Notes under the pieces: model-generated
Database searches by the model: none
What the model was told of the DNA's origin: nothing
Seen by the model: only the letters and a program-made list of their open reading frames with translations
NCBI GenBank assembly: GCA_018824145.1
Contig: JAHJHC010000032.1
Location: 5,330 to 69,329, forward strand
Direction of reading: 5' to 3'
DNA from: Candidatus Omnitrophota bacterium
GTDB lineage: Bacteria > Omnitrophota > Gorgyraeia > Gorgyraeales > Gorgyraeaceae
Length of the DNA stretch: 64,000 bases
Program-made: the position numbers and the translations under genes
Part shown: positions 40,516 to 49,130 of the stretch, one piece after another
Position numbering within the stretch: position 1 is the first letter of the stretch
Layout: every line of letters begins with the position of its first letter

Positions 40516-41780
40516 TTCTTCATCCTATCGCCTTTAGATACAAATGTAAAATCCCTGACTGCACCGTCAGCTGAACGTTTTGTCAGCACGCCTTTTAAAA
40601 CCTCACCATCCCATTTTCCGTGCCAGCTGGCTGATTCACCCAGCTCGTTTGTCTGCATCGTCTCCCACGTAATAGTATCGTCTTTAAGCTTACGTTTCGA
40701 ATAATTTGCATCACTAAAACCTTCCCTGCTTAAATTCAGTGAAGTCAAACGATTGTATTTAAAAATGATTGTATCTTGAGCATTAAAAGCTATGCCCGGA
40801 CCTCCGACTTGCCTCAAATCAATCCTCCAGGTATACCCTTCTATTTCCATCTTCGCCTTTTCAAGTTCTTTTAAGGCATCTTCAGTCAGCCTGATCTTCC
40901 ACACGTAGTCATCTATCTCTTTATTTGCCTCAATGGCTTTATCTCTCTCACTTCTAAGCACATCTAAAGTCTTGTTATAAAGTGCCATGGTTTTATTATA
41001 CTCACTCTTCATCACAGTATGCTGTCTGTAAAAATATAAAATGACAAAGACTAAAACTAAAAATGTTATTCCACTCGAGATCATGTAAATCAGAAATGAC
41101 TTCTTAGGGACAGGTGCCTTCTTTTGTTCCTGTGCTGCACTTTCTATTCTTTTTTTAATCTCTTCTGTAAATTCCCTCGGACCCAAAATTCTTCCTTTGT
41201 GTAATTTTTTTTTAAACTCATCTATCTCTATTTGGGTAACAAATTCTGTGTATCTCTCGAATGTCTTTTCCCTGCCTTTTAAGAGTGTGAATACTTCTTC
41301 AATCTCACTACCTAACTCAGGAAAATGCCTTTTTTCCGGGTTTAAAAATTGAGGATAACTGGAAAAAGGATACGTCTTGATGTAATTTGTAAAGTCTACT
41401 CTTTTGGGATTCAGATGGATATGTCTTAAGAGCGGTAAAAGAGAACTCTCTTTCTCTGCCAGCTTAGCCTTAAACCTTTCCTGGAAAAGGTGCCCTTTTT
41501 TATTATACTTTCCGTTAAATAATTTTGTATATATGGAGTTTATATCATGCATAATACTTGAAATACCAATCTGGTTCTGTAGCTCAATAAGCATATGAAG
41601 ATGGCTAGGTAGTAAAATATAGCCGAATAGCTTAAAACTATATTGCTCTTTATATCTATTTATTAATGACACATATTCTCTATAGTCATCAGGCTGTATA
41701 AATATATTTTGATTGTGACCACCTCTTGAAGTCACGTAGTACAAAACATTTTCAACATATACTCTCGGAAGCCTTGCCAT
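40512..41780 (-). CDS. Membrane-anchored fusion protein with an N-terminal IS200/COG1943 (RAYT-like) HUH domain, a TM helix, a coiled coil and a C-terminal WETMQ domain.
   Basis: The N-terminus MARLPR...YYVTSRGG...LLPSHLHMLIE...GHLFQERF...LRHIHLNP matches the COG1943 Y1-transposase fold with HUH = HLH. A TM helix ISSGITFLVLVFVILYFY follows. The C-terminus ...ITWETMQTNELGESASWHGKWDGEVLKGVLTKRSADGAVRDFTFVS is shared with two other ORFs. The gene overlaps the next gene by 4 nt (ATGA). Confidence 0.65.
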   Translation of the reverse strand: MARLPRVYVENVLYYVTSRGGHNQNIFIQPDDYREYVSLINRYKEQYSFKLFGYILLPSHLHMLIELQNQIGISSIMHDINSIYTKLFNGKYNKKGHLFQERFKAKLAEKESSLLPLLRHIHLNPKRVDFTNYIKTYPFSSYPQFLNPEKRHFPELGSEIEEVFTLLKGREKTFERYTEFVTQIEIDEFKKKLHKGRILGPREFTEEIKKRIESAAQEQKKAPVPKKSFLIYMISSGITFLVLVFVILYFYRQHTVMKSEYNKTMALYNKTLDVLRSERDKAIEANKEIDDYVWKIRLTEDALKELEKAKMEIEGYTWRIDLRQVGGPGIAFNAQDTIIFKYNRLTSLNLSREGFSDANYSKRKLKDDTITWETMQTNELGESASWHGKWDGEVLKGVLTKRSADGAVRDFTFVSKGDRMKK

Positions 41781-41797
41781 CTTACCTTTTCTCCTTC

Positions 41798-41850
41798 AAA
41801 ATGCCTGGCACCTATCTAAAAGTGCCTGGCACTTTCTATCTAAAAACAAA
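41798..41850 (-). promoter_or_regulatory. Candidate operator or promoter region of the HUH-fusion, secreted-protein and giant-gene operon. It is a tandem 21-bp direct repeat, and each copy carries the palindrome TGCCTGGCA.
   Basis: tgcctggcacctatctaaaa (41802-) and tgcctggcactttctatctaaaaa (41823-) are centred about 25 and 45 bp upstream of the ATG at 41780. An AAGGAG SD precedes the ATG. Confidence 0.4.
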
Positions 41851-41873
41851 AAATCCAGGCGCATTGCCTGGAT
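41842..41873 (-). terminator. Intrinsic terminator separating the TMTC cluster and mini-gene from the giant-gene operon.
   Basis: The stem ATCCAGGC/GCCTGGAT (41853-41860 and 41866-41873) has the loop GCATT. On the minus strand it is followed by UUUUUGUUUUU. Confidence 0.6.
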
Positions 41874-41880
41874 TTCTCCT

Positions 41881-41979
41881 TTAAGTTTCGGCAATCTGCC
41901 TATCCGCCTGAAGCGGACGCACGATTTTGCGTCTCCAGATTACTCTGGATTTGCCTTTTTCGACCTCAAATCTCTTCAA
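41881..41979 (-). CDS. Possible 32-aa basic small protein ((M)KRFEVEKGKSRVIWRRKIVRPLQADRQIAET). It starts at TTG and carries its own promoter and terminator.
   Basis: A perfect AGGAGG SD sits at 41989-41984 with a 4-nt spacer to the TTG at 41979. A TAA stop at 41883-41881 is followed immediately by the terminator. The ORF track omits it because it is under 60 aa and starts at a non-ATG codon. Confidence 0.25.
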   Translation of the reverse strand: MKRFEVEKGKSRVIWRRKIVRPLQADRQIAET

Positions 41980-41994
41980 TTGTCCTCCTATTAA

Positions 41995-42023
41995 AGTATA
42001 CTCTATAATACATAAAAAATCAA
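41995..42023 (-). promoter_or_regulatory. Near-consensus sigma70-type promoter (TTGATT-N17-TATACT) driving the mini-gene.
   Basis: On the minus strand the -35 element ttgatt (complement of 42018-42023), a 17-nt spacer, and the -10 element tatact (complement of 41995-42000) are followed about 7 nt later by the SD. Confidence 0.45.
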
Positions 42024-42103
42024 GGGCCTCCCCAAAATTAGTACCGTTTGCTATTTAAATTCTTCGCCAACCTGCCGGGCAAACAGTACAAAAATCCTGC
42101 CTA

Positions 42104-44101
42104 TTACTCCCCCTCTTCTATACCCTTCTCCGAATACACTGCCTTCAAATGCCCCTTAATCTCAGCATTATCCGGCAAAAGAGAAGCAGCTTTTTTCAAG
42201 TAACCAAAGGCTTCATCCAAATCCCCTTTTCTATAATAAGCCCAACCCAGAGTATCCAAGGTTTCTGCACTTTCCGGATCAATAGATAAGGCCTTCTTAA
42301 GTAAGCCTATAGCCTCTGTAAAGTTATTCCTCTCAAGATAAATATAACCAAGATTATTATATGCAGCTATGCCCAATTCAGGGTCAAGTTTAATACTCTT
42401 TTTATAATATCCGATTGCTGTCTCATAATCAACTAATAAATCATACATAAGCCCAAGGTTATAGTATGCCTCTGCATAATCAGGTTCTAATTCAACGGCT
42501 TTTTTATACAATTCCGATGCCTCACTGACCTGATCTAAATCTTCATATAACACCCCTCCAAGATTATTATAAGCCTCTGCATAATCAGGCTTGATTTGAA
42601 TGGCCTTTCTAAAAGAGTTTATTGCATCATTTGTCTTTTTGCCCATATCGCGGTATGTGACACCTAAATTATTATATGTCCATGCATATCCTGAATCTAC
42701 CTCTAAGGCATTCTGATACGAATTGAGAGCATCTTCGTATAAACCAGTATTGTAGTACGCAGTACCAAGGTTATTGTAAGCCCTGTGGCTATTCGGAGAA
42801 GCCTCCACTGTCTTTGTCCAAAAAGTAACAGAGTCTCTCCAATCCAGGTTACGTTGCATGACAGTATAGGAATAGAAACTGACTACGGTAAAGATTAACA
42901 CTATAGTCGATCTTCTTGCTATCCTTTGTGGAAAAAACCGTAAGTCTAAAGAAGACAATGCTTGAACACCTATGGCAAGTAAAACGCATAATCCCACAGA
43001 AGGGATATATAGGCGCTGTTCGGCAATCGGCCTTGAGACTAAAAATATAATGTTAGAGATAGGTAAAAGGGTCAAAAATATCCAGAAAAGAAAGAATAAA
43101 ACCAGTCTCGAATGTCTAAATGCCTTAATGACTATAACTGTAAGGACAACGAGTAATAATGCAGAGAAAAGCACTGCGGGTTCAAAGAAAGATCCAGGTA
43201 TACTGAAAGACCGCTCGGCATTAAGATTAAAAGGAAATACAAGCAGTTTAACATAGTAACCTATGGTCTTTATGACAGTTAATATTTTAGGATACAGGCT
43301 GATCTTTACAACTAGATTCTTGCCTGAACCTACTGTTCCCAGGATAATTATTTTAAAAATAATATAAAGAATCGCAAGGCCCCAAAAAGGCAATGTCTTA
43401 GTTATAAAACCCTTGTATTCTTCTTTCGGAACAAAACATATAACATACAAGACTAATATAAACGGCAAAGTAATGGCCATTGCCTTTGAAAAAAGAGCGA
43501 GTATAAAACATAAAAGGCTTGCACTATAAAAAACTATACGGCTTTTCAATCTATCTTGAAGCCTGAATTTTGTAAAAAGAATGAATGATAAAATAAAAAA
43601 TATTAATGCCAAGGGATCAGAACGATTCTTTATCCACGTAATAGATTCAGTATGGATCGGGTGGACTGCAAAGAAGAGCGCTGAGAGAAAAGCCAGGTTA
43701 AATAACCTCCCGTGCCTTGTTTGCAGCGCGACTATATTAAGTATAAAGAAATATATTAAGATAACATTTATTATATGCAAGAAAAGGCTGGTCAGATGAT
43801 AGCCAAAGGGGTTTAATTTCCATAAAGAATAATCAAATGCAAAACTAGCCATTAATATAGGACGAAAATTCACCTTCTCCTCTTGATTATGCTCTCTACT
43901 CAACATTAAATAAAATTGCCTCCAATACCGGGGAGTGAATAAAGATGGGATATTCTTTGGATTACTAATATACTCCCCCTTCGACACAATAACCTTATCA
44001 TCCCAGATAAAGGAATTTTTGAAGGTATTGGAGTAGACAATAATAGATATAAGTATTAAAAATATAATAAAAATTGTGTGTTTACTGATAGCAGTATCCA
44101 T
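42104..44101 (-). CDS. TMTC/DUF1736-type GT-C membrane glycosyltransferase-like protein with C-terminal TPR repeats (paralog 5).
   Basis: The 665-aa protein has the N-terminal motif NSFIWDDKVIV and PFGYHLTSLFLHIINV, followed by about 10 TM helices and a C-terminal TPR array (AYNNLG.. repeats). Confidence 0.75.
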   Translation of the reverse strand: MDTAISKHTIFIIFLILISIIVYSNTFKNSFIWDDKVIVSKGEYISNPKNIPSLFTPRYWRQFYLMLSREHNQEEKVNFRPILMASFAFDYSLWKLNPFGYHLTSLFLHIINVILIYFFILNIVALQTRHGRLFNLAFLSALFFAVHPIHTESITWIKNRSDPLALIFFILSFILFTKFRLQDRLKSRIVFYSASLLCFILALFSKAMAITLPFILVLYVICFVPKEEYKGFITKTLPFWGLAILYIIFKIIILGTVGSGKNLVVKISLYPKILTVIKTIGYYVKLLVFPFNLNAERSFSIPGSFFEPAVLFSALLLVVLTVIVIKAFRHSRLVLFFLFWIFLTLLPISNIIFLVSRPIAEQRLYIPSVGLCVLLAIGVQALSSLDLRFFPQRIARRSTIVLIFTVVSFYSYTVMQRNLDWRDSVTFWTKTVEASPNSHRAYNNLGTAYYNTGLYEDALNSYQNALEVDSGYAWTYNNLGVTYRDMGKKTNDAINSFRKAIQIKPDYAEAYNNLGGVLYEDLDQVSEASELYKKAVELEPDYAEAYYNLGLMYDLLVDYETAIGYYKKSIKLDPELGIAAYNNLGYIYLERNNFTEAIGLLKKALSIDPESAETLDTLGWAYYRKGDLDEAFGYLKKAASLLPDNAEIKGHLKAVYSEKGIEEGE

Positions 44102-44108
44102 TATAATC

Positions 44109-46169
44109 TCAATCTTCAGTCTTCTGGAGATTTTCTAAATTCCCCTTGGCATCTTCGTTATCAGGATCAATCTCTAATATTCTCTCCCAATGACCTCTTG
44201 CCTTATTGATAAGTCCCTTATCGCGAAATATACGCGCAAGGTTTCTGTGGGCCTTTATATGATCAGGAGCTAGCTCAATAGTTTTTTCCAGGTATGTTAT
44301 TGCAGTGTCTTTTTCTCCTAAATCAGTATATAACGCGCCTATATTATTGTATGCATCAGCATATTCTGAATCAAGTTCAATAGCCTTCTTATAGTATCTC
44401 AATGCCTCTCCCTGAAGCCCTGATGAGTCATAAAATAACCCCAAGTTATAATAGGCCTCTGCATAGTCAGGTTTAAGCTCTATAGCCCTTTTATAGAGAA
44501 TCTCTACCTGACTAATCTGGCCGGACTCTGAATATAGGACCCCTGCAAGATTATTATATGCCTCTGCATAATCAGGTTTCAGTTCAATAGCCCTTTTTAG
44601 ATGCAGAAAGACATTATCAACTAAGCCATTTTCTATATAAAGCACCACACCAAGGTTACTATAGGCCTCTGCATAGCCAGGCATAAGTTCAATGGCCTTC
44701 TTGAATGCATCTATCGCCATCTCATTTTCTCCTATGTCGCGGTACGCGGCGCCAAGATTATTATACGCCATAGCATATTTTGGATCGATTTCTATAGCCT
44801 TTTTATATGAAGCTATGGCCTCCTGATATTGTCCGATATTATAGTATGCAGCGCCAAGATTATTATGGGTCCTCGCATTATTCGGAGATAAAGAAACTGC
44901 CTTTGTCCATAGTGTTAACGGCTTTCTCCAATCAAAGTTACGATTTATAGCAATAGTCGAGTAAAAAATAAATATGGCTATAGTAAATAACACTGCTAAG
45001 TTTTTCAAGATTTTACGGGAAAAAAACCTTGATTCTAAAAAAGGGATCGCCCTAATACCCATCGCAAGTATAATACAAAAACCCAATGAAGGGATGTAAA
45101 GGCGCTGTTCAGCGATAGGCCTTGCATACAAAAATATGATATTTGAAGCAGGAAGTAATGTTATGAAAAACCACAGGATTCCGAATGATACCATCCTGGA
45201 ATATTTTAATCCCCTTATAACCATAATCGCCAAAACCAACAACATCAGTGAAGATAGAACAACCCCTATCTCAAAAAACGATTTGGGGACAGATAGAAAA
45301 TGTTCGATATTAAGATTAATGGGGAGAATTAAAAGTTTCATATAATAACCCATGGTCTTAATGACTGCCAGGATATGATAATGTATGCCGAGCTTAATAA
45401 TGCTCTCATCCGAGAGCACACTTATAAGGCCCTTGAGCTTGAATGCAAGATAGAAAAATATAATTCCAAAATAGCTTCCTATACCGACCAATGCGCCTTT
45501 ATATTCTTTTTTTGGAAGGAAATAAATAGCATAGAGGATTAACACAAGGGGCAGTGTAATAGCTGTTTCTTTTGAAAAAAGTGCAAGCACGAAAGAAATC
45601 TGGCTTGCAAAATAAAGAATAATGCGGCCCCTGAGTACTTTTTCCTTAGAGACGTATTTTATAAAAAAAAGGAATGAAAGGAGTAAAAATAATAAACTCA
45701 ATAAATCAAAACGATTCTTTATCCATGCAATAGACTCTGTATGTACAGGATGCACGGCAAAGAATAATGCGGCAAGAAAAGGCAGGTCAAGTAAAACCCC
45801 CTCCTTTTCAGGCGGCCTTACTAATCTAAAAATAATAAGATATATCAGGATAACGTTTAATATATGCAGCAATAAGTTAGTCAAATGGTAACCAAAAGGT
45901 CTTAGATTCCATATTAAATAATCTAATGTAAAACTTGCAAGACTTACCGGTCGATACTGTCCCTTACTGCCCGGATAATAATAATTCCAATATTTAGGAT
46001 TAAATAAAAAGGGGATATCTTTTAAGCTCTTCGTATATCTATTATCAACGATCAACTCTTCTTCGTCCCACACGAACGGATTCTTGAAGGTATTGGAGAA
46101 AACAATAATAGAGATAAGAATCAATAAGATAAGAGGTATAAAATATTTCCTGGTATTATATTCTTCCAT
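44109..46169 (-). CDS. TMTC/DUF1736-type GT-C membrane protein with TPR repeats (paralog 4).
   Basis: The 686-aa protein has NPFVWDEEELIV and PFGYHLTNLLLHILNV, a multi-TM core and TPR repeats. Confidence 0.75.
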   Translation of the reverse strand: MEEYNTRKYFIPLILLILISIIVFSNTFKNPFVWDEEELIVDNRYTKSLKDIPFLFNPKYWNYYYPGSKGQYRPVSLASFTLDYLIWNLRPFGYHLTNLLLHILNVILIYLIIFRLVRPPEKEGVLLDLPFLAALFFAVHPVHTESIAWIKNRFDLLSLLFLLLSFLFFIKYVSKEKVLRGRIILYFASQISFVLALFSKETAITLPLVLILYAIYFLPKKEYKGALVGIGSYFGIIFFYLAFKLKGLISVLSDESIIKLGIHYHILAVIKTMGYYMKLLILPINLNIEHFLSVPKSFFEIGVVLSSLMLLVLAIMVIRGLKYSRMVSFGILWFFITLLPASNIIFLYARPIAEQRLYIPSLGFCIILAMGIRAIPFLESRFFSRKILKNLAVLFTIAIFIFYSTIAINRNFDWRKPLTLWTKAVSLSPNNARTHNNLGAAYYNIGQYQEAIASYKKAIEIDPKYAMAYNNLGAAYRDIGENEMAIDAFKKAIELMPGYAEAYSNLGVVLYIENGLVDNVFLHLKRAIELKPDYAEAYNNLAGVLYSESGQISQVEILYKRAIELKPDYAEAYYNLGLFYDSSGLQGEALRYYKKAIELDSEYADAYNNIGALYTDLGEKDTAITYLEKTIELAPDHIKAHRNLARIFRDKGLINKARGHWERILEIDPDNEDAKGNLENLQKTED

Positions 46170-47652
46170 AATTCACGACCTTTTTTTTAAAATGTGACAA
46201 ATAGTACTTTATATATATAATAAAACGGAAATCTCTTTTACAAAGTCCGATTGCTAACTGAAAGACAATAACTATAAAGCCAGGAATTATATGAAAATGC
46301 CTGTACAGCTTTTTCTTTATTATAAATCTCTTTAAAAAAGAAGGCATTACCGGAAACAACTTGTACAACTTTTCAAAATTGTCTTTCCATGCTTTATGAT
46401 GCGGGTCATTTATAGAGTCTTGATGAAAAAAATCCCCTACATTGCCTTTCTCAAAAGATTCGACATCTTTAGTATAGATTATTCCCAATTCTATAGCCCT
46501 GTCTACAATAGGCAGTTTCGGATAATACGCCAGGTAATAACATTTTAAACGATTAAAATATTTATGTGAATACATAAATTCAAGTGCTAACTCATAATCC
46601 TCTTCCTTGACCAAGGGTAAGCCGAATATTAAATCCACATCATACCTTAATTTCAGCTTGCCGCATATACTAAAGGCCTTGTCTATCTGGTCATTTGTCT
46701 CATTACGATGCAAAATATCCTTCCGTATACTCTCATTAAACGTCTGCACACCGAAATCTATACCGTAACAGCCTGAATCTTTCATTAATCTAATAAGGTC
46801 TTCGTCTACAAAACTTACATGACCCTCACATCTGAAAGGCACGGAAATCTCTTTTTTATATTCATGCAAAAATCCGCTCAGCCATTTTTTGTCCGTAAAA
46901 AACACGCTGTCAAAAAACATAACCCTTTTAAAATTATACCGTTTTTTCATTGCCTTTAATTCACTTATTACAGATGAAGCGCTCCGCCTTCTAAAATATC
47001 CATCACTATAAATCTTATGAAAATAAGCCTCGCAGCAATAACTGCAGCTAAAAACACAGCCCCTTGCTGTCATCACCATGTAATCATCTCTGTAATTTAT
47101 ATAATTCTCAAACAGTCCTTTATCCGGAAACGGCAATGAATCAAGATCCTTAATAGGCGGCCTTAGAGGATTCTTTATTACCTCGCCTCCTTTTTTATAC
47201 CATACATTAGGTATACTGTACTCTGGTCTATTTGATGAAAGAGTGTTTACTAAATCTAAAAGTGCATATTCACCTTCTCCGATAATAACAAAATCTACAA
47301 AATCATTCTTTACCACCTCTTCCGGAACAAGACTTACATGCACTCCCCCAAATACGGTCTTAACATTCATCTTTTCCTTTATGGTACGCGCAACATCACA
47401 GGTCCACTGATAGTTACTGGTATAAACCGAAAATGCAACGAGATCAGGGGTTGAACTCTCGATTCTGGAAATGACCTCATTTTTCCGGTCAAACACCCTT
47501 TCCAAAAAAGGGATATAAAACACATTGTCCTCTGTCCCGAAAAGTCCTGGATCATATGCTAATGAAATCTCATGGCCTGCTTTCTTCAAGACGCTTGACA
47601 AGTACTCTATACCTAAATGTTCTCTCCCCAAATGCACAAAGGTGACTTTCAT
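46156..47652 (-). CDS. B12-binding radical SAM enzyme (class B rSAM).
   Basis: The N-terminus is a B12-binding Rossmann-like domain (..DLVAFSVYTSNY..VFGGVHVSLVPEE). The radical SAM cluster motif is ARGCVFSCSYCCE (CxxxCxxC). Confidence 0.75.
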   Translation of the reverse strand: MKVTFVHLGREHLGIEYLSSVLKKAGHEISLAYDPGLFGTEDNVFYIPFLERVFDRKNEVISRIESSTPDLVAFSVYTSNYQWTCDVARTIKEKMNVKTVFGGVHVSLVPEEVVKNDFVDFVIIGEGEYALLDLVNTLSSNRPEYSIPNVWYKKGGEVIKNPLRPPIKDLDSLPFPDKGLFENYINYRDDYMVMTARGCVFSCSYCCEAYFHKIYSDGYFRRRSASSVISELKAMKKRYNFKRVMFFDSVFFTDKKWLSGFLHEYKKEISVPFRCEGHVSFVDEDLIRLMKDSGCYGIDFGVQTFNESIRKDILHRNETNDQIDKAFSICGKLKLRYDVDLIFGLPLVKEEDYELALEFMYSHKYFNRLKCYYLAYYPKLPIVDRAIELGIIYTKDVESFEKGNVGDFFHQDSINDPHHKAWKDNFEKLYKLFPVMPSFLKRFIIKKKLYRHFHIIPGFIVIVFQLAIGLCKRDFRFIIYIKYYLSHFKKKVVNYGRI

Positions 47653-47654
47653 CG

Positions 47655-49130
47655 TTATGTATGTCCTTTGATATAGAAATCCAATTTCTTGGCCTCTTCA
47701 TGATAGGCAATAAATTTCGGATCTTTTATAGATATATCTTCCTGGCTAAAGACCATGTCCAGAAAAGCTGAGAATTTCCTTTTGAATTCCGTAAATGAGC
47801 GGACTTTTAGTACAGCCTTTAATAAAAAATACGGTTGGGAATGGTAGCTTACATAGGCCCATCGTGCCATATGATCTATCTCTTCGTTCGTAAGTTTAGT
47901 CCAATGCCGGGGCAAAGGCCGGTCAGTCTCTTTTCCCAAGATCCAGTCCTTCCAGTAATCCTTCCCCATATTGTGCACCATTTCTTTCCATAAAGGAGTC
48001 AGGGGTTTTGCCAGGCACTTCGAAAACTGGACATAGTCTAACTTGAGTTCTTTGGCGAATCGGACTGTCTTTTTTACTGTTTTCTTAGTCTCTCCTGGAG
48101 AACCTATTAGGAAAAACCCCAATGCCCTTATCCCTAATTTTTTGGTAGCACGTATTGTCTCCCGGATCTGGTCCAATCTGATACCCTTTTTTACTCTATC
48201 AAGCATCTCTTGGGAGCCGGATTCAATCCCATAGTAGATCCTTCCACATCCTGCCTCTTTCATCTCTTTTAACATCTCTTTATCAATATCCACTCTCGAT
48301 CTGCATGCCCACAGGATATCAAGGTTTCTCTTCCTTATTTCGTGACATATAGCTATTGTCCTATCTTTATCGACTGTAAAATCATAATCGAAGATATCGA
48401 TCTCCCGGATACCATATTTATTATAGCACTCCTCCATCTCATTAACTACAGTCATTGGACGGCGTGGATTGTAGACGGTCCTGCCTGCCTCACAGAAGGT
48501 ACAATGGTACGGACAGCCAAGACTGGTAATCATGACAGTAAAATTCTTCCTCTCAGTGGGAAACTCGGCATAAAGCTCATTCGGCAAAAGGTCTCTGGCA
48601 GGATTAGGATATTTGTCAAAATCTACTAGTTTAGTAGGATTGATTTTTATCAGGCCCTTATCTTTATAAACAAGGCCATCCACGTCTTCCAGTCTTCCCT
48701 TACCTTCTAATGCAGAAAAAAGCTGGGGTATGGTATCTAAGGCCTGTTCGATTACTCCATAGTCTATCTCAGGATGGCTGATCGACTCCTCAGGATAGAC
48801 ACGCAGATTATAACCTCCTACTACTATTGGAATATCCAATCCTTTTTTAAGATACCGGATCCATTCCAATGTCTCAGGAAACATATAAGTAGTCATCATA
48901 AATCCCATTATGTCCGGCTTAAAACTCTTAAGTCTATCTAATACCCCTTCTTTAGTAAGATTTAAGGTCCGGGCATCAATAATTATTACTTCATGGCCGG
49001 CCTGACGTGCTATAGCTGCTACCCAGGCAAGGCTTAAAGGCGGAAACATCCCAAAATACTTCTGAACAATCCTTAAATTCTCCTCATGGACCTTGTATTT
49101 AAAAGGATTAAAAACTAAGGCAAATCTCAT
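47655..49130 (-). CDS. B12-binding radical SAM enzyme, a paralog of the adjacent gene.
   Basis: B12-binding N-domain (..DIMGFMMTTYMF..IVVGGYNLRVYPEE) and SLGCPYHCTFCEA (CxxxCxxC). Confidence 0.75.
   Translation of the reverse strand: MRFALVFNPFKYKVHEENLRIVQKYFGMFPPLSLAWVAAIARQAGHEVIIIDARTLNLTKEGVLDRLKSFKPDIMGFMMTTYMFPETLEWIRYLKKGLDIPIVVGGYNLRVYPEESISHPEIDYGVIEQALDTIPQLFSALEGKGRLEDVDGLVYKDKGLIKINPTKLVDFDKYPNPARDLLPNELYAEFPTERKNFTVMITSLGCPYHCTFCEAGRTVYNPRRPMTVVNEMEECYNKYGIREIDIFDYDFTVDKDRTIAICHEIRKRNLDILWACRSRVDIDKEMLKEMKEAGCGRIYYGIESGSQEMLDRVKKGIRLDQIRETIRATKKLGIRALGFFLIGSPGETKKTVKKTVRFAKELKLDYVQFSKCLAKPLTPLWKEMVHNMGKDYWKDWILGKETDRPLPRHWTKLTNEEIDHMARWAYVSYHSQPYFLLKAVLKVRSFTEFKRKFSAFLDMVFSQEDISIKDPKFIAYHEEAKKLDFYIKGHT

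Noticed and set aside
40512-41780. Calling the HUH-domain gene an IS200/IS605 transposase or mobile element.
   Set aside because: Only the HUH domain is present, apparently with His at the catalytic Tyr position. It is fused to a TM helix, a coiled coil and a secreted-type domain. It is translationally coupled into the operon. I found no terminal hairpins or TnpB partner, and the 27-bp inverted repeat at 7858-7930 is 32 kb away.
41798-41835. TGGCAC elements resembling the -24 box of sigma-54 promoters.
   Set aside because: On neither strand is a GC/TTGC -12 element found at the required spacing of 4-5 bp downstream. I interpret the motif as a palindromic operator half-site pair instead.
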